64,000 nucleotides of DNA from Cycas panzhihuaensis. Lineage: Eukaryota > Plantae > Cycadophyta. This document shows, in pieces, positions 25,564-38,717 of this stretch. The stretch covers positions 65,355,741 to 65,419,740 of the forward strand of contig CM041465.1 of assembly GCA_023213395.1 (NCBI GenBank). Reading direction: 5' to 3'. Position 1 is the stretch's first letter. Each line of letters opens with the position of its first letter. Both the position numbers and the translations under genes were made by a program. A model generated the notes under the pieces. It was not told where the DNA came from. It ran no database searches and worked only from the letters and a program-made list of their open reading frames with translations.

Positions 25564-28500
25564 TGTTACAAAACTACTAGTGGTTGGCAAAACCCTAGTG
25601 AAGGTACTTTTGCTAGTAAAAGGTAGATGTTAATGTTAACTATTACAAGGTGTGCATGGGTTATTTGGGGCCACCAATGAAAATAAATGCCAAATGCTTC
25701 TCCAATTATATTCATGACTAAACAACCATTTTGCTTATTTAAGGTTTTATGGATGTAAAGGAAGCTAGCTTTTAAATGAAAAATTATTGCCATCCATTTG
25801 ATTCAAACTTTTGGTGTCTATTTTTGTGTCTATTTATTCTCTATTTATGTTCTAAAAAGGGAAGAAAAACAAAGACAAAAAAAGAACAAAAGAAAAAAAC
25901 TCCACTTAGTCACACATTCCAATACTCCACAGTAAAAAAAACACCATTAAAATTCATATACCTTAGTTTGATCAACATATCCTGTTGGTCATTTTATACT
26001 AGAATAATTTTTGTAACTACTTTTTATGCTTATTAGTACCCAAGCCACCTGTGGGCTCCACTAACAAAAAAAAATTAACTTAAAACTCACCTACCCCATT
26101 TTAACAGAATTTTCATGTTCGTTTTGATGCACTAGGTCAGTTCATTATACTTTGGGGTTAGCCAACTATAGACACCCTAGCCCTTGCCCCACTTTCATCC
26201 CCTGACTAAACCCCCATCTTCTTTAAATCCCCTTCTTCCTATCTATCCCCACTTTATTATTCTGTTCTTTCTTCCTCTCCCGACTTCAAATAATCCCATT
26301 CTTCTATCTAGTCCCATTTCAATCAGTCCTCTTCTCTCACATAAGTTAGTACTCACAATCAACAGTGGTAACCAAACAAGCTGATAAACTCTAACAACTT
26401 GAAAGCAGTTTCATAGCTATTAAGGACAAGTTTCATAACATGTAGGAATAACTCATCAATAACAATGACTAGAATGTAAAAGAATTTGCAGATCTTAAAA
26501 TTGCATTCTCAAACATTAAGATTGATATTGTAAAATCCTCACAACTACTCTAATAACTTGTCAACCAATGAAGTACCTCAAATTCAGTAGGGCTGACTAA
26601 TCATCAACAAATGCAACCACCTCCTCCATTTTAGAATTATCCATGACAACTACCCTTCCCTCATAAAATCAACATCCTCATTTTTGATCCAGAGTTAAAT
26701 AAGGATAATGTAAGGAGCTGGATTAGTAAGTTAGAGTCATATTTCCAACTCCACCCCATGTTGATTAATGATTGCCTTACCTTTGCATCTATCCATATTG
26801 ATGGGTAAGCTCATTATTGGTTTCAATGGTGGCAGAGGGAATACCTTGCAAATCAATCTTGGGATCAGTTCTGCAAAAGCTTTTTTGAGCAATATGAGGA
26901 TGCATGGAACCAAAACATTTTCAGCCAACTCACTCAACCAAAGTAGTCCTTGACAGTCAAAACCTTCACTAATGAGTTCCAAGCTCTTCAGAACAGGGTC
27001 AATATGCAACTCAATCAATCCACACTGGTCAAAATCTATATGGTTGATCTCAAAGATCACACCCAAATGCGCTTAAAAATATCCCCACTAAATACTTTAA
27101 GACAGGATATAACCATGGCAAAAGTAGTTGAAGCAGAATTTATAGCTAAGCGTACATTCACTTCTTGACGGGATACACCTTGGTATCCATGTTCTCGCCC
27201 ATGAGACACACATCGACCATGACCCTGATGGGAGGATCGTTGGGATGATCATCCTATAGTAGAACGCCCCACAGTAGAAGGACCACTGGCTAAACAAACT
27301 ATAGGGTTTGAGCGAGTGACTATTGTCGAAGCCAACAAACGTTAGGAAGTAGGTCTTTACATCTAATGTGCAGAGAAATAGACTTTTGGACACGGTAAGG
27401 TTTGTAAAGCCAGGCGTATGGTCTTCACCATTGATCCTGCAATCTCAATAAATGAAGATCTAGATACAGACAATGAGCTTGAGGAAGACCACATTGTTGA
27501 TTCTCCCATAAACCCTGAACCCAAACCTAAAGTTTCTCTTTCTACTGTTTCCTCGACTATCTAGTTTGCACCCTGCTCTAAACCTCTATACGTCAAAGGT
27601 ACCTTAAAGAAGATCCCCATAACCATCCTAATTGATGGTGGTACGCCGCTTAACTTCATTGATATCTCCCTCACCAGACAACTTAACCTATACATAATAC
27701 CTAAAACTGGGTTCACCTGCTCTTTACCAGGGCATTACAAACTCTATTATGCAGGCTTTATTAAAAATCTCCACATCCAAATTGGCACATACTAATTAGA
27801 TTATGATTTTTATGGCCTTTCTATAGGTGGATTTGATGCCATCCTAGGAGTTCAATGGCTCCAAACTCTAGGTACGTACAACACTAATAATTCACCGTCT
27901 AACTCATTCATTATATTTAAAGACCACTTTGGATAAACCCACAAATTACATGGACTTCAACCACCTCCCAATAAACTCTTAACCCGAAAATAAATGAGTC
28001 AACAACTAAATAGTAGCATCAGTTATATAGTTTGCCTCAATAATATTCAACCTCAAGTTGACATTCACGCTAACATCTAACCCATTCTCACCAAGTATCA
28101 ATATGTTTTTGTCCCACTTTCCAATATCTCCTCGTCCCCCCAGACTAAGGTTTCTACCACACCATCGAGCTTAAAAACCCCCATATCCCTATTAGCCTAC
28201 GACCGTATCACAACCCCTACTTTTGAAAAAAATGAAATCAAATGAATTGCAATAAAACTTATAGACATGGGAATAATCCATCCCAGTAAAAGTTCTTATG
28301 CAGCCCCCATCATATTTGTTTAAGAAAAGGATAGCTCATTTCGCCTTTACATCGATTATCAAGAGCTTAATAAACTCATAATTAAAAATAAATTTCCCAC
28401 TCCTCACATTGATGATATGTTAGATGAAATTCATGGGCTGTCATTTTTTCTAAATTGGATCTCCAATTCGGTTACTATCAGATCCCCATTGCCCTTAAAG

Positions 28501-31238
28501 ACCATTAAAAGACTATTTTTCAAACACACTATGGATATTTCAAATTCCAAGTTATGCCCTTCGAATTATGTAATGCCCCAACCACATTTCAAGGCATGAT
28601 GAAAAAGATCTTTGGTCACCACCTTCATAAGTTCATTATTTTTTTTTTTAATGATATCCTTATCTATAGTTCTTGTATGTCTGCCTATCTACAACATCTA
28701 GAAATTGCCTTTCAACTTCTTTTCCAACATAAACTCTATGCTAAATTGACTAAGTGTAAATTTAGGAAGACTGAACTTTAATATCTGGGCCATATCATCT
28801 TAACAGAAGGTGTTCGAGTGGACCCTGATAAAATTTTGGCCATCATCACAAGGACCAACCCCAAGACTCTCACTCAACTATGAGCTTTCCTTGGACTCAT
28901 AGGCTTTTATCGATTGTTCATTAAAAACTATGCTTTCATTACCACACCCCTAACCAATTTACTTCGTAAGGACTCCTTTTAGTGGTCCCCTAATGTTGAC
29001 GATGCCTTCAACCAACTCAAATTGCTCATGTCCACCACCCCTGTATTGACCACCTCAAGTTTTTCCAAACCATTCCAACTTGAATGTGATGCATCTAGTG
29101 TAGGCTTAGGAGTTGTCCTCATGTAGGATTTTCATCTAATTATCTTTAAAAGTCAAAATCTCAAAGACCATAAATGTTGACTTTCAATTTACTAAAAAGA
29201 AATGAAGGCTATCTTCCATGCAGTTGATAAGTGGCATTAGTATTTAATAAGATCTAAATTCACTATTTTAATCGACCACCATAGTCTCCGTTGTCTCCTT
29301 AACTAGCCTGTCCTTTTTGAAGAGCAAGCAAAGTGGGTTGATCACCTCCAGGTGTTTGACTTTGCTATATCTTACAAAAAGGTCAAAGAAAATGTTGTAG
29401 TTGATGCTCTCTCTCATCTCCCATCGAATCCCTTTGAGCCTATTTTACAAGCCATCTTGTCCCCTCAACCTATGTGGCTCTAAGAATTAGCCAATGACAA
29501 CCAATCCCAACCCGATTTTAGTAAATAGTCCTCAAATATTCTTACTCAAAAGGATTGGACCTTGTACAATACCCACCTTGTCTACAAAAATAGAATCTTT
29601 GTCCAACCATCCTCCCCCTTCATTCCTCGTATCTTGATCGGGTACCACACCACCCCCTTAGGAGGTCACTCAAGTTTTGATAAGACCTATCATCGTATCT
29701 GTTTTAACTTTTACTAGCCTCAAATGAAATCTTCTATACTAACCTTCATAGTAGAATGTGACATATGCCAATGTAATAAGGTAGACACAAAGGTTTAGCC
29801 TAGGTTCCTCCAACCCTTAAAATTTCATAGGGAAAATGGCAAGATATCGTAATGGACTTCATCACAAGTCTTCCACTGTTAGTGAAAAATAACTCCATTT
29901 AGGTAATCATTGATCGACTAACAAAATATGCCCACTTTCTACTAGTCCATACATCCTACCCAGTCCCCTGCCTGGCTGACCTCTATATCTAATTTATTTT
30001 TTGCCTCCATGGTTTTCCATCTACTATAGTCTCTGACTAAGACCCCAAATCCACATATTTCTTTTGGCAAGAACTCTTTTGTGTAGTTGGCACCTCCTTC
30101 AACATGAGTTCCTCATACCACCCCCAGACAGATGGTCAATCAAAGGTTCTTAATCAAACCTTAGAGATATATCTTTGTTGTTTTACATCTAAACACTAAA
30201 AATGATGAACCTCCTAGCTAGCTTTAGCGGAATATTAGTATAACTCTTCCCACCACTTTGTAATTAACATGTTCCCATTCATGTCCCTTTATGGTTATCC
30301 CCCACCATCCCACCATACATTAGCCATGAACTTATGTACAACCTTAGTGTAACATAATTTGTAAGACATGGACCAAATCTTAAACACACTTAAGCAAAAT
30401 CTGGCCATGGATCATAATCACATAAAGCAACTTATTGATAACCACCGCTCTGATTGAACCTTTTCCATTGGCGATATGGTTTTTGTTTGCTTCCAACCTT
30501 ATAAGCAGTAGTCACTTTAGCATAGTGATCATAAACTTAGTTTTCGGTACTATGGTCTCTATAAGGTTAGCCAACATATTGGGGAAGTTGCATATGCCCT
30601 TGAACTCCCTTTTGACACCAAGATCCATAATGTCTTCTACGTTTAATGGCTTAAAAATCTCCTTGGTAAGTCCATTGTCCTATAGACCACTCTCCCAATT
30701 CTCACTGAAGAATAACTCCTAACCATTCCTTCAGATTATATCTTGGAAACCAGGCACTACTGTCTTCGAAATAGAACTAGTTCTGAGCGCTTGGTGCAAT
30801 GGATTGACAGCGGACCAGAGGAACCAACATGGAAACTAGATGAATTCGTCACACAACATCCACATCTCTTACGTTGTGGGGATTCAATGTCTCAGGGGGG
30901 GGAACCTGTTACATAACTACTAGTGGTTGGCAGAACCCTAGCAAAGGTACTTTTGTTAGTAAACGATAGATGTTAATGTTAACTATTAAAATGTGTGCAT
31001 GGGCTACTTGGGGCCACCAATGGAAATAAAGCCCGAATACCTCTCCAATTAGATTTATGGACTAAATGGCTATTTTTCTTATTTAAGGCCTTATGGATAT
31101 AATGAAAGTTAGCTTTTGAATGAGAAATTGTTGCCACCCATTTGGTGTGAACTTTTGGTGCCCATTTTTGTGTCTATTTGTGTTCCATATTTTGTTTTTC
31201 TAATCAGGTGTAAAGGAATCCATGAAGGAATTATATCA
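25564..31238 (+). mobile_element. Ty3/Gypsy chromovirus-type LTR retrotransposon (element A), degenerate
   Basis: LTRs 25564-~25845 (3' end and PBS deleted) and 30907-31238 (TGTTACA...TATCA); perfect TSD GAAAT at 25559-25563 and 31239-31243; PPT aggggggggaacc at 30894-30906. Protease ILIDGGT (~27625), RT MPFELCNAPTTFQ...FFNDILIYS, integrase SSYHPQTDGQS (~30110), chromodomain-like LVQWIDSGPEEPTW (~30790). Many stops and frameshifts. Confidence 0.95.
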
Positions 31239-34200
31239 GAAATATTTTTTTGTAGTTAGAGATTGCTTGCATCCATATATTATATTAATTTGATATCTAC
31301 ATCCTTTAGCTTGATGTATTTTAGCCTTTAGATTCATCATATAAATTATGGATGGTAGTGGAATCTTGGCTAATTCACTTCTTAGTTATTCCTTCTTTAC
31401 TTGGATAAAATATTTATTAAATTTCCCTTGTGACAATGATGTTTATTTGTGATCTTTCAAATATTTGATACCTATTAACTGTTAATATTTAATTTAATAG
31501 TTGTATTATGATTGGTTGATGTAAAGGTTCTCATACATGGTTTAAGTGGTTAATGTATTAGTTTAAAATCATTAAATGATAAGGTTCTTATATCCTTTTT
31601 GATATACATGAGGTGATAGATTTATAAATATGTACACACATCAAAAATATAATTGAGAGAGTGTTACATAACATTCCAAGGTTAGCACCATAAGAGCATT
31701 CAATCACATGGAGAAGGTTAAGAACAATTGTTAATCCATGTGCACCAACTGTACACCAGTACCAATGAGATTGAAGGGTCCATTGGGTCACCAATATGAT
31801 GCTAGAGTTAGTGGTAATTTTTTCTATATAAGGTCAAACAATTGTAAAAGAAACACTTATGCTATCTTCTATTATTTGAGATTGTATAAGAGTGCATTTC
31901 TTTTTGGCAATCATTAAGCCTTCTTATTTACATTTGATATATTTGTGCTTCTGAAATTATAATAAAGGTTATTTTGAGCTTCTAAATAATTTTCAAGGTG
32001 TTCTTGAGTATAACTTATGGATTTAGAATGTTCTAAGTGGTATTAGAGCTGAGTTTTGCAGTTGTGAGGAGTTGCTCAATGAAAAAGAATATATATTTTT
32101 TCTTGACAGATCGAGTACTCTCTTTATCCAAGTAGAGATTGAGGAAAGACCTTCTCTCACTACTCTCTCTACAAAGATTGAGGAATGAAACCAACACCAT
32201 TTAGGAGTTGTGAGGAAAGGGAAATTTCTTCCCCTAAGTAATACCTAACACTTCATTTTTTATATTCATTTTAAGTTTAGTTTATTTATTATAATTTTTG
32301 TATTGGAGTCATTAATCTATGGATAGATAATTCTGCTTAGTGACTATCATTTTTTCCTCCCACCTCTCATTCTCAAGTTGGTAGCTACCAAAAGTAGTTA
32401 GGTAGAGACCATGTACTAGGGGTCTTTAAACATCACAAGGATCTATTGTTCTACTTAAGCGTATTGTGGTTTTTTTATCTCTTGTATAAATGACTAGAGA
32501 TAATACTCTTAAACCAAGTCCTAGACAGAACTTGGCTATAGAATCATGCCTCTATGTATTTTTGGGTATATAGGAGGACCCCTATAGGTCTCGAATCCTT
32601 CCTAGTATATGCAAGCTATTAATCGCTAGAGTCCTATAGTATAATAGTTAACAATTAGCACCACAAAGCTATTTGTCCTAAATTTTTGTATAAAAAGTTT
32701 ATTGGCAGGCCTAGAGACCAAACACATCTTGTCTAGTGGTTGGTAGGACACCTTGTATTACTTATATCCTACATCACATGCTCCACCTTCTGATTAAGAT
32801 CTCAAGACATAGCATCTAAAAAGAACAAGGGGTCACTTCCTAGTATGTAGGAAATTCTAGTTTTTAAAACACTACCTAGATTTAGAAATTGCTGGTGCAG
32901 TTAGACTTGTAGTAAAAAAAAAGTCCATATCAAAAAAATTATTATTAAAATTTATACATCCTATTTTGATCAGCATGTTGTGCTGGTCATTTTGCATTAG
33001 GTTAGTTCTTGCAAATAATTTTTATGCTTAATAGTTCTTAGATTACCAGCCTAAAAACTAACATTAAAATTCACCTACACCATTTTAATTAGTGTGTCGC
33101 ACTGGCAAATTCACTAGGTCAGTTTTAACTGTTAATTTTGGGAAAAATGGCATATAGACATGTCAGCTGCATTGGCCTATATTCTTTCTCACAACTTTCT
33201 TTGCTTAACATCTAGGATTAATAATATATCAACACCCCACACCCCTTGTTTCCCCCCTTCTCTTGTCCCCTTTTCTCATACATCCGCATTTTTTGGAAAC
33301 TACTTGTTCTATCTAGTCTCTCCCACTTCTACTATCCCCTTCTTCTTGATGCATCCCACTTTATTATATCCCTTGTTTACTTCTACAATGACACTAACCA
33401 ACTAAAGTGAGTGTATTTCTAACTTGGAAGTTGATGTCATATCACTGCACAAGAAGCTGGAAAAAATGATCGCAGATTTATTAGGATAACTCAACAACAT
33501 GACATAATAACTTCAAACCTTTAATACACACATCTTATCAATAACCATGTCCAACATTTCCCAAGGCGACATCTCTCAAGGTGGAGCCCTACCACCTCAA
33601 TTTGTTCATCAACCAATTTTTAATCATAAAATTAATATACCCATCTTTAATTTAGACCTCAATAAAGATGCTGCTCATAGATAGATTAGCAAGTTAGACT
33701 CCTACTTCTTGCTTAACCTGACGTCTCAGGCTAATCAATTGATATTCGCTTCCATTCACTTAGAGGGTAAAGCACATCATTGGTATAAATGGTGGGCCCT
33801 GGAATACCACACAAACCAAACATGGGACGTCTTCTACAAATGTTTCTTTGAATAGTGTAAAGAAACTTGGAATCGATTATTTTTTAGTTAGGTGACTAGG
33901 CTCAAACAATCTACCTCAGTGGAAGCCTACACAGATGAATTTTAAGACCTTCACAACTAAATCACTCAGCATCTTGATAAGTAGACACTCATTGAAACTT
34001 ATATCGCTAGATTAAAAGACTGGATACAAATTCTACTCAAGCTTATCTCTCTTTCTAACCTTTGGGACACTATTAATGCAGCTAAGGTAGTGGAAGTGGA
34101 GTTTGCAGTAGAATGAATAACCAGCTTTAGAAGAGAATCAACATGGTCTAGTTGCCTAAGGTAATATGATCCTTACAACCCCACAAGGTTTTGAATGGGT

Positions 34201-37200
34201 AACTACATAGGATAACCAGTAGATGACCCATTATAATAACTAATAGAATATCCCTTGATAGGAATGACATCAATAAGGATTCCTACTTCAGAGGTAAATA
34301 GGCACATGGAAACTGGCCTCTACACTCAGTGTGTAGAAAAATAGTTTGATGGCAGGCTCAAGTTTGTAAAGCTAGAAAACCAATATTCACTATCAACCTC
34401 AATTCTGATTCAAAAGATGAAATTGGAGAAGAGCCCCTCTTAGAATCCCCTCCTCCACTTAAACCTGAACCTGTCCCTAAACCTTCCTTATCCGTTGTTT
34501 TCTCTTCAGCCTACCCTAACTGACTGTGTAAGAGGAACTCTAAGGAATATCCCCATCACAATCTTAATCGACGATGGCACACCACTAAAATTCCTCAATA
34601 TTAAAGTTGCCAAGTAGTTGAACCTCTACATTTAGCTAAAATTAGGATTCAATTGATCCATACTTGGATATTATAGCCTCTACTGTGCCATGGTTATAGA
34701 TAATCTTCAAGTTTAGATTGGCACCTATCACTTCCAATCTGGCTTTTATGCCTTATCTATTGGAGGCTCATGCATGGTCCTTAACATCTAATGGCTTCAT
34801 ACCTTAAGCACATACAATACTAACAACTCCCCACACAATCCATTTATGATGTTTAAAGACTAATATGGATAAACTCACAAATTGTATGGTCTCCAATCCA
34901 TGCCTAACAAATTACTCTCTCTTAAACAAATGAGTCAACAACTTAATGGGAGTCTTGGTTATATTATTTGAATCAACAATATTCAACCCCAACCAGAGGT
35001 CTTTTCAGATATCTAATTAGTCCTTAACAAGTACCAATATGTTTTTGACCCTCTACCAAGAAGCCTTTCCCCTGACTGTGGATTTCACCACACCATTGAA
35101 TTAAAGCACCCACATAATCTCATCAACCTCCACCTATATCATAACTCATATTTTTAAAAAGATAAAATTGATTGTATCATAACTGAACTCCTAAACATGG
35201 GTATCATCTAGCCTAGTAAGAGCCCCTATGCTATACTAATTGTACTAGTTTGGAAAAACGATGGTTTCTTTTGAATCTGCATCGATTATAAGAAACTCAA
35301 TAAACTCACTATTAAGAACAAATTTCTAACCCCCTAAATTGATGATATGTTGGATGAAATTCATAGGGCCACGTTCTCCTCAAAACTCAACTTACAATTA
35401 GGTATTATCAGATTCCTATTACCCCTAAGTATAAGCATAAAATGACTTTCTAAACCCAACATGAATATTTTTAATTCCAAGTCATGCTATTTGGTTTATA
35501 TAATGCCCTTTCTATCTTCTAAGCCCTGATGAACAAAATCTTTGCACCTTACTTTGACAAATTTATCATTGTTTTCTTTAATGACATCCTTATTTATAGT
35601 ACTACCATGAACCTATTAAAAAGAAGGGTAATAGGATTGCTTTAATACCATGTTAAAAATATGAAGATGTAATAATATGAACTCATGAGTATAAAACATC
35701 AAACATGCAAATCAAACATCATCAAACATAATCATCACCATAAGAAACCAAGATTTATATGTAGAAAACTCATTGTGGGAAAAACCATGGGAGAAGGTGG
35801 AGTTATGACTTTGCTTATGATCATAAGGACTACATCTTTCTCCTCTCATCATCATCAAGTTCTTAGGTGGTGAGAGTACATGCATATAACGATAATCACC
35901 TCATGAGTAGCCTATCAAATACAATGAGTCATTACATCATCCAATAGTGGGATAACATCAATATGTATGCATCTGACATATCTCAAAGTAGGTAAATGGT
36001 GGGAAGTACATGTGTATAGCATATATGTATTAAACATTATGTTTTAACACCTTCCCATAATATTTAATGTCCTTGAATATTGATCTCGAGTCTTCATGTC
36101 TTCTTCTTGTATACTGGAACCTATAACCAGTAACTGTCACTTGTTTCTTGTATGCAGTATCACCTGTAACCTATAAATAACATGTATCATATATCCTATA
36201 TTATATATTCTATAAATGACAAAGTTACAGGTGAATTCATCACACCGTAAGGCTCTCTCTTGTATATAGCTTTTGTATCAACGTCAAAATTATTTGTAAC
36301 CTGTAAAAGACCTATAACTATATGCTTATCTCCATCAAGCATCAATATATATAAACCAACATATATGAAGTATTTTATGTACATCTTCATATCTTCACCT
36401 GTGTGGTGGCTTCTTTAAATCTATATTAAGTTGACCATCAATTTAAGGAAAGTGATATCTGAGTCCATATAAAATAATATCCATCTATTGAAATACATGG
36501 TTGACCAACCATTGTAATTGCTAGTTTACTAGGAAATTGCTTCAAATACATGGTTCATCATCTTTCGAAATTGCTTGTAAGACTAACACAATTCTTGTAT
36601 AATGTCAAAGTTTCATCAACTGGATTAAGTCGACAGCTAGATCATCTTGAACAATCAACTCTAGGATCATGCTAAACTACTTAACCATGATAAGTTAATT
36701 GTAACAAGGCAAATTATACTTATCATTTAACTCAATAGCGTGGACGACTTTAATATCTAGGTAATCTATATGTTTGGTTAGGGTTTTTATTATCTGTTAA
36801 ACTAAATGTAATGTTGTGAAGGGGGAAATAAATGACCAACATATCAAGGATGTCATATGTTATAACTTCATCAAATCTTTTTTTACTTAATAAACTTTTT
36901 CAATTGAAATAGGCCTCAAAATGTCTTAAATAGGCCTTAAAATGCTTGATTTTAAACCAAACTATAATAATCATCCACCATTCCTCAAAAATAAGTTCAT
37001 CACTATGTTTGGAGCCATGAAAAACATTAGAATTGACTAATTAAAAAAAAAAAACTGATATAGAATTTATCCAAAATGAGGTTTAGAGCCTTTGCATCAA
37101 CATTACCTTATTTTTCTTTTGTCTTCTACTATCCAAAGTAGGTCGTGTGACCACTTGTTATGATTGTCTTGAAGTCATCTTTCCAATATAACTAACGACA

Positions 37201-38717
37201 TTTGATTTTGATATATGAGTAATAAGTTATGGTATAAAAAGCATTATTATGCCATGAAATAGTGTGCAATCCTTAAGAAGTTGGTGACAAATCTAAAAAT
37301 TTAATCAAATTTCAAATATAATTTTTAAAAAATAAAAAACTATTCAATCCAACTTTGAAAAAATTAAAGTCTTCTCCCATAATAGGTTAGCCCCTAGTCG
37401 TATGTACATTCCATGTGACTGCCAGCTAGTCTGCACCAAGATCTCAAAAATCATTCAATCCACTTACATTTACTATTTCAAATGTAAAGTTTTTTTTCTC
37501 TAGTCCTTATCAAAATATAATATTCACTGCATTCTGCATTCCATCTACATATATGAATAATCGACCTCATTCGACCAATTTATGATTACAGATTTATCTC
37601 TTTACATCTTCACATCTATAAGGGTTTCTTCAGGCATTGCTTTTTTTATTATGCATCAAGTATGATGGTGTAGCATTGATCTGTGACTACTTATTAATCT
37701 CTGTAGAGGGCAATCGGGTGACTCTGCATAGGTTCCCTCGACATGGGTTTCATCGGTGACTGGTCAAACGTGATGGTTGGTCGTGATAGAGGCATGATCT
37801 TCATTGATGAGTGCAACTACAATGACTCATGTAGATTAGTAAGGCATCTCTTAAAAAATAATAGGCACGACTTTGTATGTCATTTGTGAAGACATGATAT
37901 CTTAGGGTTACTATTCACTGCATAATAGATTTGTTCTTTCTATGTGTGATGAGGCCATTGGGTGTTTTCCAATGAGTCTACGTAGCTCATATCTATGAGG
38001 GCTTCAGAAGATCTATTTTTTTTGTATGATGGCAATGAGCAAATCATTGTGGCCGTTGTATCATTCTTGTGTTATGGCAGTGGGTGACTGAATTATCAAT
38101 ACTCCTCCAGCTATGGCTACATCATATGGTGATTGCATTATCTTAGTCAAACTAGGATTTGTTCTCTGTATGCAGTTTTTCTAATGGTTAGCCATATAGC
38201 ATCACAGCTATGGTGGTGATGGTGGCTATTCTAGCTTTGTGGAGGTGAATAGAGGTATTGCAACAAACTTTGTGTGCATGTTTCCATGAATGATTGATTG
38301 ATGACATGAGGCATTCAACCTTGAGTGGATGTCTCTTCTAATCATGAGCCTCAATATTATTTTTGGAATGACATCTCTTTAAACTAAGCTATGGCATATC
38401 CAATAATGTCTACTACAATGCAACATATAGCATTAACATGATATCGAATTTAAACATATGTATTATGATTGATAATACTGGGAAGGATCTTTGTTAATCC
38501 ATCAATTGTGGTAGGCATATGACATGGCATGGCTTAGGTAAACACTCTTATTTATTCTGTGGATGATTGTGAGAAGAATGCCTATGAGGATTTCTCTGGA
38601 TCAGAGTATGTGATGGCAAGTATGTTCTATAGCTTTAGAGATTAAGAGTGTTGGGACATACTACAAAAATTATTTCCTTCCATATGGCATATGTGCAAGC
38701 AAAAGGAACATGGAAGC

